Shown here: piece after piece, positions 53,749 to 64,000 of the stretch
How positions within the stretch are numbered: the first letter of the stretch is position 1
How the letters are laid out: each line of letters starts with the position of its first letter
NCBI GenBank assembly: GCA_050230475.1
Contig: JBFLGF010000068.1
Span: 1-64,000, forward strand
DNA length: 64,000 nt
Direction of reading: 5' to 3'
DNA from: Ancylonema sp.
Taxonomy: Eukaryota
Notes under the pieces: model-generated
What the model saw: the letters and a program-made list of their open reading frames with translations, nothing else
Told to the model about the DNA's origin: nothing
Database searches by the model: none
Translations under genes and position numbers: made by a program

Positions 53749-55583
53749 ATGTCTGACCCAACGTCTGTCAGAGTTCGAGAACTGAAGCCCGAAGACGCAG
53801 GAAAGTCCCCGAGAGTTGTTGAAGGCACTCCTTCAGAAAGTTTAGCGCCTGAAGTGTCAGCAGGTACATCGCAGAGAACTTCTGCTAACAATTGCTGCAA
53901 AGGGGGCTCGGGTAGTCGGAAGAGAGCCAACGAAGATGGAAATCCGGCCGTAGAGCACAAAGGAATTGCGAGTTGTGGTCCAGTAAATAGTGGAGCAGTC
54001 TCGCCTCTGGTTAAACGGGTGAAGCACGAGTTTCCTCTGAGTAAGGTCTTGGTGGAGGAGGAGGAAGTGAGTGTTGACGAGGAGAAAGCCTCGGAGGACG
54101 CAGGGGACGACGACAGCAGCTTGAGGGACGCAGGGGGTGGGTTGATAGCTTTGCAGACGGGAAGCAGGGGCGATGGTAGGAGCAGAATAGAGGAGAAGAT
54201 TCAAGAAGCTGTCATAGGATTGAAGGAGCACCAGGGGGATGTCGTGCGAGAAGCAGAGGGTGAGGTGGCTGTTGCTGCACGACAAGCAGATGAGGACCAG
54301 GATGCTGCACAGAAGTCGCGAAATCGAGTCAATCAGGTATGGAATGGTTTTTAATCCAGCTTGAAGTTTGAACTAAATCATTCATATATACTGCGAATGC
54401 AATTTTATCTGAGTAACTTCATGGTAAATGCACACAGCAGATATAGGCCAATGAGGATAACCGGAAATAGACGCTTCTCTTGAAGTCACTTCCTGGCTCG
54501 AATCCGAGGGCCTTCTAGATGGTTGGTTTAGGATCCAAAACTCTAGGGTAATACTGAGGCGGCCTCAATGGGAATGCCCTCATTGTCACCATTTGAGGTT
54601 GTCAAGAGCACGATAAGTGACTGTCTGTTGTACTGCTGCAGGCTGACGTGGCAGTGAAGCGTGCAGAAGATGCCGCCAAGATGGCGCGGAAAGCGCGGAG
54701 AAAGCTGGATGAGGCTGCGAGGGAGGCTGAGGAAAGGTAATCAGATATCACCCAGAGTGGAAACCCTCGACCCTGTATCATTAATTTATCACTGTTCTTG
54801 GGAGGTCATAACCAGGGCAGAATCCGAATGCAAGGTATCAGCTCTCTCCCCAAATAGTAGCCAACTTTTCTGCGATAGATAAGGAGTGTTCAGTGTGGCA
54901 GAATATATTGCGCAGTCATCAAGTCCACTCATCCTTGTAGGCTCATGCTCGTCCACCTCATCCTTGTGTGGTGCTGACTGCTGGCAGTCTTTACATCCTT
55001 TGGGTGGCCACCTGTCCCTGAACCCCGATTCTCGTTAATGCAGGGCAAGTATGTCGGTGGCAGCTTCCAAAGAGGCCACAGAGCGGCTGGGAGAAGTTGT
55101 GGATCTGCAGCGAAGAGAGAAGGAGGCCATGCTAGGAAGGCTGGTCGTTCAAACGAATCTCATGATGGGGGCACTCAAGGAGCTGCAGGTTGGAAGCTGG
55201 TTGAGGATTGGGGCTGGGAAGGGGTGGGGTTGGGGGACCTGGGTTTCGTAAACTCAATTGTTACTTGCGTTGTAGATTTGTCTGCTAATGAACAGATGTC
55301 ACAGGAATGTGATTATGTGAGTTTAGGCTGTCATTTTAACACTCATACATTAGCTAGGTGAGTTTGTTGGCTTATTGGTTGGTTAATCGGGTTGATGAGT
55401 TGGTTGGTTCAGGTGGTGGCTGGACATTTGGCGGAGTCAAATCCGGAGGAGTTTGTGACTCCGGATGATGGTCTGGCCGAGATGGAGCAACAAGTGAAGA
55501 AAATCAATTCCATATGGTTGCGCTATTCCATGGAAAGGAGGAAGTTGACGGAAGTGATTGCGTCCTTGAAACATAGGGAATAA
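53749..55583 (+). CDS. Uncharacterised protein with disordered acidic N-terminus and coiled-coil C-terminus
   Basis: Phase-compatible exons 53749-54336, 54642-54736, 55044-55188, 55413-55583 with canonical GT-AG. Ala/Glu/Arg-rich helical composition; no family recognised. Confidence 0.75.
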
Positions 55584-56496
55584 GAGCCTATGATATTGTT
55601 AGTTTATACTTACCAATGATTGAAGTAACGATTGTACATATGCCTACGTCAAATGTGTTTTTTTAAAGCCCTGCTGGTAACCTATATATTGTTTAGATGT
55701 TGAGGCACTCAATTTGTTCATTCAAGTGCATGAGGTGCGAGCTTTATGTATGTAGTCCACGGTTGTGTTATGACCCATCCCGGAAAGTCTCAAAAAACAT
55801 ATGGTGGGAGGTAAAGCCACATTCAATGAATGGGAAAAACGTTTATCAACTTATAGAAACGATGAGCTCGACCCCTACATATTGTTGTTTCACGCGTTCG
55901 ATGTGTAAATACAGAGTATCTGTCAAACCGCTTGGTGTCTTGGCTGTGGACTTTGTGACCGGACTAGGGATGCAGTCCCTCGTTTGAAATGAAGAAGCAT
56001 ACACCGTTGATGTCGGATGCCGAATGCTTCCCCTGTGACGGGGAACGCAACCGGGTCAGGGGGTACACCAACCGCATTGGTTGGTATACGGGGGTTGGCT
56101 GGCAATAGGGTACTCGAGAAAGGGTTCGGCATCCAACATTAGACACGGGGAAAGAACGGCGAATAACGGGGGCGTAAGGGTGGGATCATGATATATTTGT
56201 TGCGTAATTTGGGTGTACCAAAACATACAATAATATGGGGTGTAAAGCTTGTCATACTCTTCTACACATCGCACCAACTTAGGCTATTTGTTGTGTTGCC
56301 AAGATTGACATTGAGTCATTGCGTCATTGAGTCATTCGTGGCGTAAGTAGCCTTTGTTGCATTTTTATGAATGTGGAATCCATTCGTCACGTACTGTGCA
56401 GTCTTGTTATAGTGACAATTTTACAGACTCTGACACTTAACCTTGGGGTTAAATGTTACTATTTCGAATGCTAGGGTTGTCACTGTACACTTTATA

Positions 56497-57799
56497 CAGT
56501 ATAACCTGTCTAAAGGAATACTGTCTAAAGGAATAACCCATAGTTGCACGGACCGGCAACATTGGATTTTCGGACCGCGGTCGGACCGGGTCCCGAGTCG
56601 GGACCCGGTCGGACCGGGGAACTTTTAGGGTTTTTTCGCCAGACAAATTTTCTGCGGGGAAAAAGGACGTGCGGCTTTTTTTTTTTTGTGTACCTCACAC
56701 GTGTTTTATACATGTGTCATTTGTGACTTGCGAAGTTGTAGCGAAATTAAAAAACTAAATAATGTAAAATAGCATGTTCATATCCAACCGTCCATTGATT
56801 GAGATGGTGAAATTCAAAAGTGACAAAATGGCTGAAATTTTGGTGTAAGTTGGTACTTGGAAGTGTGTTATTCGAAGTGAGGAAAGATTTTTGGGGAGTG
56901 ACAAGTGAGGAGTGGGAGGCGGGAAGAAGGGGGTAATTTAAGGTGATGTAGACAGTGAAGAGTGTTATGGATGTAAAAATAGAACAAAAATTGTGAGTGT
57001 AGAAGTCGTAACGTTTTTCATTTCGTTTTCTATAAGTATGGAGTTGTAGGCAAGGATAGGTTTTGCGACGGTAAGTAAAGTTTGGATAGGGAAGTTACCC
57101 ATTTATTGATGTCGAATAGGAAATTGAGAAGTGAGGAATGTATTTGAAAGGTGGAGAGAGGTTTGAATAGAAGGTTGTGAGCGTGGAAAAAAAATTCGGG
57201 ATGATGTTTGATATATGTGTTTCTAATTTTATTTAATTCCATGATACGGTGACCCTTCATCACATTTTTTTGAGCCTCACATGAGCATCATTTCAGAATA
57301 ACATTGTAACCTATGGAACATGAAAAAAAAAATGGAGTACTTGTAACCATTCCAAATGTCTAAGAGCATTTTCCCAAGTGATACATCTCGAAAGTGGTGA
57401 AAAACGCTATCTACAATGATGCATTGCACGTTTTGATTACTCATTCGATAGGTCTAATATTTTTTTGTCATTTTTCTAAGACGTGAAATGTAAGTTTGTT
57501 CGCAAAAAAAATACTTCCGGAGTTTTTTCTCCACGGAAAACACCTTAAAACTCCTAAAAACCGATATTACCCTAAACAACCGGTCCGGATTTTTGACCTA
57601 AAAGGACGGACCTCGGTCCGGAGTCGGGACCTCGTGACCCCGGTCCGCCGGTCCGTTATGGAATAACCTTTCTAAAGGTGTAGAAATATCCGGTCCCAAA
57701 ACCGGATTAGCTAGGAACCCTCCCTGTCTAAATGAATGACCTGTCTAAAGGAATATATTTTCCCGGTCCCGACAGTATTCCTTTAGACAGGTTCTACTG
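56497..57799. mobile_element. Tc1/mariner (pogo-like) MITE, ~170 bp once its insert is removed
   Basis: 29-bp TIR CAGTA(T/G)AACCTGTCTAAAGGAATACTGTC, TA on both sides. Confidence 0.9.
56539..57660. mobile_element. Non-autonomous hAT-type element (CATAG ends)
   Basis: Perfect 8-bp TSD GAATAACC (56531-56538 and 57661-57668); TIR CATAGTTGCACGGACCGGC vs GCCGGTCCGT-----TATG; GGACC/GGTCC subterminal repeats. Confidence 0.9.
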
Positions 57800-58576
57800 T
57801 AGTGACATTTGATAGGGCGGAAACAAGCATATGTTATTAAGACTTGTTAAGATTGATTATGTGTCATTGCGCCATATTATATGTGTTTTTGTGGCACAAA
57901 TTGCATTGGTTGCATGTACTGCAAATATTGCATGGGTCATTGTTGTGCCATTGCAATTGGCCAACGTCACCACGATAAAACGCTCACATAAAAGAAATAC
58001 CCAAACTATATGGAGTCGGTTTATCCGCGTACATTTTGACTCCATGTACTCTACATTCAAAGAAGTTTGCGTCCTCGATACCCGATAACGTCCTCGAAAC
58101 CACGATACCACGCAACAAAAATTCCATAATTTTGTATTACGGGATTCTCGTAAAATCCCTCTTAATTTTCACTCCCTTAAAATATGATTCAATGATCGAT
58201 AATTCGTACTTTGATTGTCTCACGTAATTTCTTGCAGCCACTTGTAATAATTTGTTCCCGCGTACATTGTGAGTACAAAATTTGCCACTTGAGCTTCTCA
58301 AGTTCAAGTGTGGCACGTCCATATTTGTAAAAAAACTTACACAACACTCAAAGATTTGACGACATCGATCCACGTATCCAAACCTCGTCATAACCTCAAA
58401 CATCAAATCTCTTCGCGAGGTCTCCCATACAACGTTTCTTATACTCGGTACAGAAAATATTCGCTGTAGGAAAAAAAATCCCCGACAAGTTTAGGTTTCT
58501 TATACCGGGGCTTGAGTGTACAACAAAGTACGAGTTGTGGCGATGATTCTACATGACCATGGTCGTCGATACACTA

Positions 58577-59175
58577 CAATAAAACCTGTATGAAGGACTA
58601 CTCTCGGGACCGGGATGTCATATTCCTTTCTGCAATTTATTCACTCATACATTTTCGGCTCTAAATGTCCTAAAACCCGTTCCTATGTGCCTACGACAGG
58701 AAACAAGCCAGTATCGAGCTTAGAATCCGTTCAAACGTGTTTTACATCTTCCATATAGGTTGCACGACAATATTTGGTATTGTAGCCAGCTCCATCAACC
58801 TGGGAGATAGAGATCCATTAACGTAATTTTCTGACGTTGATTTGGGCGTGGCGGGCGCTCATACTTCCCGTATAAACTGTTGACCGGTCGCAATTTTGTC
58901 GTGTGACGACTGCACTTGCAACTTCCCACAATCTAGGAGACAAGTATAACCGTACGGACATGTAAAAACCTGTGTAAATCTGTACGAATTTGTACAAATG
59001 TGTACGGATTCCGTACATTATTCCTTTACACGTTCGCGTGCCGGGGAAAAATATTTATTTAGAGAGTTCTGCACGTTTTAGAATTATTACACTCGCCCAA
59101 CGTCGGGACCGGGATTTTTTATTCCTTTATAGAGGTTATTCCTTTAGACAGTATTCCTTCAGACAGGTTTTACTG
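58577..59175. mobile_element. Second, longer copy of the pogo-like MITE family of 56497-57799 (opposite orientation)
   Basis: TA|CAATAAAACCTGTATGAAGGACTACTCTCGGGACCGGGA ... GACAGTATTCCTTCAGACAGGTTTTACTG|TA. Confidence 0.8.
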
Positions 59176-60327
59176 TACATCCAACAACTTGAAATGAAGC
59201 TGAGATAAACCTTGTCCGGACGAAAACTTGGCCCAAAATAAGCGATCTCACCTCATGCCCCCCGATTAGTCCCCCGTTTCCTTCGTTGCCCCCCGTGTCC
59301 CCCCTATTCCCCACCGTTTTCCCCGTCGTTCCCCCGTGTACCCCGTAGTCCGCCGACTAGTCCCCCGCGTCTTCCTTTCGGTCCTCCTTTTTCCGCATCC
59401 GCCGAATCCCCCGTTTTCCTAACGGCGGTTGCATCCCTCGCGGTCCCCCGTCATTTGAGGTCGAGGGGGACGGCGGATCCCCCGCAAGCATCCGGCGGAA
59501 GGGGGAACGCATCCCTAGACCGGGCTGATGGACATGGTAAACTACGAGACAACTCGTCTACACACAGTTAGTGGCTTGTGCTAGGCTTGGGCTTGTAACC
59601 AATATATGCTTCCCATCCTCAATGAGTGGTATATATGTACAATGGCATTTCGCAATACGTGTGACGTATGTCAATAAACAATACGTTGAGTGCATAAAGC
59701 GCAACAGCATGCATATGCTTAATCGACGAATAGTGCTTGGGGCGTGTTAATACGCCAAAATAAGCTTCAAAATACGTTATGCGAACATTTTTTTGGTATG
59801 ATAGTGTGGGTGCGAGAAACGTGACGTACGTCGGAGATTTTGCGGCGTCCGTACTATTGAAAAGTGAAAAAAAAAAGTGGCACTTGCGTTTGTTTGTCTT
59901 GCTTCCGTCCATATTTTCGAACAATCGTTTTGGCGATCGGAATTTTCACGATCGACCTCATTCTTGACGTTTTCTATGGCATTGAGTGTCGTTGCAGTCG
60001 TCATCGTTTCATAGTGCCGTCCAAATTGAGATACAATCTTCGATTCGGCACCAATAATATTCCAAAAGTAATACCATAACTTTTTATGCTTTCGCTAATG
60101 ATCCTCGTCCAACCGTCCAAGTTTTCGCCCGAAGATGTTCGCAAATTTGGCGGGAACAAGAGATGGTGTTGCACGATAGCTACGACTTTAAGATCGCTTC
60201 TTCATCCCGATGAAGTAGCGTGTGTCAAAAGAAAAATAAATGGAGAGGCTTTGATTATGTATTGTCTTACTTTGGCAAGGGATGCATGAAACTCGAGAAG
60301 TAGTTGTGTGGTATTTACGTTCTAATT

Positions 60328-60610
60328 CACAGTCGGTACCGATCTATCCTGATTCCCGATCCGAACCGGCGCCGGATCGGAACCGATCCCAATAGGCGCG
60401 GGATGAGAAATACCAATATCGGATCGGGCCAAAAAGGACAAAAAAAAATATATAGAAAAAAACACTTGAACGCCACGATGGGTGCATTTAAAACCTTTTT
60501 TCCCATCAGTTTTCACCTCATGTTCGGCGCCTCGATCTGGATCGGCGCCGGATCGCACCAGATCCCGATCTGCGAGAATCGGAAATTCCCCGAGCGGATC
60601 GGGACCAAGC
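60328..60610. mobile_element. MITE-like element rich in GATCGG/CCGATC motifs
   Basis: Degenerate inverted ends (gtcggtaccgatc / gatcgggaccaa); homologous copy at 14135-14370; no TSD resolved. Confidence 0.5.
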
Positions 60611-60819
60611 ATATCATAAATTTGAGGACGTAATCGAGTGAGAGGACTTGGAATATTGTTGGGAACGTCATCCGTGCACATGCACTAAGTAAAGTTGGAC
60701 GAGGATGCATGTAACAATCGTTGAGCATTTTAAAAAATAAAAATGCATGCAATATCGGATTTCGCACTTCAATTTGCTCGACGTACGAAATTAAATCTGG
60801 TATGGACGGAATCGGTCTA

Positions 60820-61604
60820 CGGTGCAGTCTTTATATAGTGACACACTCTACTGTGACAATCTCGATATAATGACATTTTGTTTGCCCTTTTTCTAATCCT
60901 ATATGAAAACCTACTATATGTAGTGACAATCGTTGTAGTGACATACGTTGTAGTGACCAAAAAATCATAAATTTTAATATTACGATGTCGGTATACGGTG
61001 AAGCCTATCTAACTTGATAATTTGAAAATGAGAAACTTATCTGATCCAATAGACAATTTCTCGCCCGAAGTCGGTTTTCACCCAAAGTCTGACGTGTAAA
61101 TTGATAACCACTTAAATTTCTTCTCTCCTATAGTTCCATTATTAGTCATGTAGACAGATTCTACTATAGCGGGAGGATATTTAACAAACGCCGTTTACAT
61201 GAGCCACTTCCCTTGGAAATACCGACGTGGATTTCATTTTCTCTCGATATAGTGACATTTGCCTACTGTCGCCCTATCAAATGTCACTATCATAGTTTTG
61301 TCCCGGACGCGAGGATCCCGGACGCGTCCGGAACGCAACTATGATGCAAAATATAAGGAAAAGGTTTTAATTATGGAGTTGCACAAACCCGGGGGTTCCA
61401 AATATATGGATATCAGATTTTGGTTGTGGCGTCCGGGTCCGGGACGCGCCCGGGACGCGTCCGGTGATCTCCGAACGGTCCGGGACGCAACTATACTCAC
61501 TATAGAGTGTATAGTGAGTCACTATTAGTGACAGCCCTAGCATTCGATATAGTGACATTAAATTCTCATGTCTATAAAATTGTCATTGTATCAAGACTGC
61601 ACTG
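60820..61604 (+). mobile_element. TA-flanked Tc1/mariner-type MITE
   Basis: TA|CGGTGCAGTCTTTATATAGTGACA ... TGTCATTGTATCAAGACTGCACTG|TA; internal TAGTGACA repeats. Confidence 0.8.
61291..61495. mobile_element. 205-bp hAT-type MITE nested in 60820-61604
   Basis: TIR CATAGTTTTGTCCCGGAC / GTCCGGGACGCAACTATA; TSD GTCACTAT / CTCACTAT (7/8). Confidence 0.8.
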
Positions 61605-62366
61605 TACCATGACCGGCCCCCCATTGCAAATGAATGACGTTGCACAGTTGCATGGAATTGATGAAATATGCTCTTCATGAATTTAAAATATTTTTAAATT
61701 TATGATACCAGAAGTACTATTGACGAAAATACTTTTCGTACTATCTACTCTCCTCAACGAATGACGCTTTTTAGTACAGTACTCGCCTCTCGTATACTTC
61801 ATGGGCAAATGCCCTCACTGCAATTGCCAAAGTAATTAATGATGACCACTCAATGGTACCATGGTAGTCTCGAAGTGTGGGGGCTAAAACCGTGAGAAAT
61901 GTACACCGGGTATTGTGTCCGGGTATAGACAGCGTAGTGCGTATTGGGCGACCTCTCTCTATAAAAAATATTTACGATATCCTCAATCAGCATTTTATGC
62001 TAACAATTAAACAACAACAAAACCTATTCACTAACTTGTATCACACACTCCATTTAAATTAGTGCAATGCGGGACAACCTCGCATCACGAAATCGTTGTT
62101 AGAAAGTAGTAACCTCATCCGAGTACCCACGACCCACAAACGTAAAAACGTTCACAACTCTAGCACCATTTTTGTAACCTTGTGTCACTCATTGAGTCCC
62201 CATCTATCACTTCGAGAGCATTGACGAAAAATAACAATTGTCCTTCCTAAAAAAATGTTGTATACAATCTAGAAATGACGCAAAATATTCCAAGTAAGCT
62301 TGTTCTAGCGTCTCCACAACAACCCGCTCAAATCAGCATTGGAGCCCCCTATATCACATTGAGCAT

Positions 62367-64000
62367 TTACAAAATGCGTCTTGCTTCATCGATAGGCGAT
62401 GAAGTACGTTTTATAAGATAAAATAACAAATCGTTATCCTTCCCGTCCGTACAGAGATCCAACGTATCCCCCCCCGGAATCACCTTCATCGTCCTCTTGC
62501 TTGACCCATTGGTACTGGATTCGGTAAACTCGAAAAAAACCGTCTCTCTCCGGGCTACTTGGAGCACTGCCACCCTTACTCCCCTGACACTAATGGCTAC
62601 CACCTCCGGCATGTCCAACAATATTTTCTTCATTACAACGTTGTTTAGACTCAAAGTCACTATATGATCATGCGAGAGCACTACTTCCCCCTTGATCATG
62701 CTAACATTTGAAATGGACAGGACCCTCAAATTTGGTAACGTACACATAATTGTTGGCAAACGAAACATGTCCTTATACCCAACAATTAGCAAATTTCTAA
62801 TTTTCGGGCACTCTGCTTGCACTGAAGGAAGCTCTCCATGCGTCTTCCCTTTACCCTCACAACTCATGACCAACCTCATCAAGTTAGAGCACGAGAGGCG
62901 CACTGATGCATATTCGGCTACTAAATCTAGTTCTTCTAGCATCTCATGATGCACCTCTATAGAATCTACTACAACATTCTCAACACCCGTAGGCAACTTA
63001 CTGCTCAATACCACCAATTTCTTGAGCATCGGGCATGAGGTGTGGAGATTCTCCAAACATTTCGTGTCAACAAACTTTCCCGTAAGGCTCAAACCCACCA
63101 AGGAGGGGCATGCAATCTTGGGACAACGGAGCCCCGCTAGGTCTGTTATTTTGAGCGACCTCAGTTGTTGATGCCACAAAGTCTCATTCGGGCCGAATAA
63201 AAGAGCGCCCTCAAGGACAAAGCTCTCTAAATGGGGGAACCGATTTTGGAAATCAGCGCGGAAACCATCGCAAAGTTTTAAACTGAGTTCTCGAAGGGAA
63301 CCGAAATGAACGACACAACTTGGAAGGATCCCCAAATCGAAAGTACCATCGAGACTCCTCACACCTGGGGCGCGGGAAACCATCGCCTCTAGCACCACCG
63401 GGGTAGTATGGAGACGTGAAAGGTGGAGGTTTGTGAGCCGCGGGTTGTTGAAGGAGGGGGTGTGTTTGGCTAATATTGGTAACACCGAGTTATCATCACG
63501 GCCACGAGTGACGAGGTGAGTGAGACTTGGACACTCGACTACGAAAGGCCGGTCAGTTGTGTGCAAAACTTTGAGAGTTTTCAGATTTCCATGGCGAATG
63601 TGAATGGAGCCTCTCCCCATACAGTTTCCCACAACCACTAGCGACTCGAGATCGGGGCATTTGGTGAGAAGACGAGGAAGGAGGGCGGGGTGGACTCTCT
63701 GGCCTGGGAGCTCTATGCGCCTCAGATTCGGTCCCACTACCCCCACCACCCACTCTATGTGCTTCGGACTCTGGTCCGCAAATCCACGAAGTCTGACCTC
63801 CTCTGCACCTGCTACCACCCTACGAATCATCTCATTTCCCTTCTCTGCCGCCCTCCTTCGCGTGTCCTCGTCCCCCATTTCCCACTGCGAGACAACTTCC
63901 GTCGTCCTCCACAGCTCATTCGCTTCCCTCACGACCTCCTCCCAGTGCCTACTCACTAGCATCACCTCAAAGAGATCTTTTTGGGGCAGATGCTTGAAGA
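62367..64000 (-). CDS. F-box/LRR-repeat protein, 5' end outside the window
   Basis: Frame open to the window end: FKHLPQKDLFEVMLVSRHWEEV (end of an F-box), followed by cysteine-containing LRRs (CPDLESL, CPSLTHL, CPSLVGL, CPMLKKL, CSNLMRL). No introns in the visible part. Confidence 0.88.
   Translation of the reverse strand, partial: FKHLPQKDLFEVMLVSRHWEEVVREANELWRTTEVVSQWEMGDEDTRRRAAEKGNEMIRRVVAGAEEVRLRGFADQSPKHIEWVVGVVGPNLRRIELPGQRVHPALLPRLLTKCPDLESLVVVGNCMGRGSIHIRHGNLKTLKVLHTTDRPFVVECPSLTHLVTRGRDDNSVLPILAKHTPSFNNPRLTNLHLSRLHTTPVVLEAMVSRAPGVRSLDGTFDLGILPSCVVHFGSLRELSLKLCDGFRADFQNRFPHLESFVLEGALLFGPNETLWHQQLRSLKITDLAGLRCPKIACPSLVGLSLTGKFVDTKCLENLHTSCPMLKKLVVLSSKLPTGVENVVVDSIEVHHEMLEELDLVAEYASVRLSCSNLMRLVMSCEGKGKTHGELPSVQAECPKIRNLLIVGYKDMFRLPTIMCTLPNLRVLSISNVSMIKGEVVLSHDHIVTLSLNNVVMKKILLDMPEVVAISVRGVRVAVLQVARRETVFFEFTESSTNGSSKRTMKVIPGGDTLDLCTDGKDNDLLFYLIKRTSSPIDEARRIL

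Larger units (their letters stand above)
56394..57848 (-). mobile_element. TA-flanked MITE (same family as 60820-61604, inverted), interrupted
   Basis: 56394-56496 and 57800-57830 match the reverse complement of the right part of 60820-61604 (tgcagtcttg..tgacaatttta.agac...tcgaatgctaggg.tgtcact...tagtgacatttgatagggcg). Far end degenerate. Confidence 0.7.
55965..59517. mobile_element. Non-autonomous hAT element (outer host of nested insertions)
   Basis: Ac-like TIR TAGGGATGC / GCATCCCTA; 8-bp TSD GACCGGAC / GACCGGGC (7/8); ACGGGG repeats at left and CCCCG repeats at right. Confidence 0.8.

Overview
Eukaryotic nuclear DNA from a green-plant-lineage organism (streptophyte alga or bryophyte is my best guess; the species cannot be determined). 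Genes are split by GT-AG/GC-AG introns, so the prokaryote-style ORF track fragments them. Intact-looking genes: an N-acylated RLCK-VII (PBL/BIK1-like) kinase (24091-26587,+), TIM22 (29724-28901,-), PRP4 kinase (52760-49149,-), a divergently transcribed coiled-coil protein (53749-55583,+) and an F-box/LRR protein cut by the window end (-). The most unusual content is two diverged, same-strand paralogues (3296-13106 and ~36700-45088) of a giant multidomain gene: unknown N-terminus / possible beta-propeller / GBP-atlastin-RHD3-like P-loop GTPase / long Cys-His-rich metal-binding region / vWA (MIDAS) and, in copy 1, terminal exons missed by the ORF track that encode an HPD J-domain. Both copies carry independent stops and frameshifts, and they differ by one intron. 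Intergenic DNA is rich in DNA-transposon relics: two degenerate hAT elements, several TA-flanked Tc1/mariner-type MITEs and a four-level nested insertion at 55965-59517. Exon boundaries were read by eye and may be off by a few bases where marked ~.
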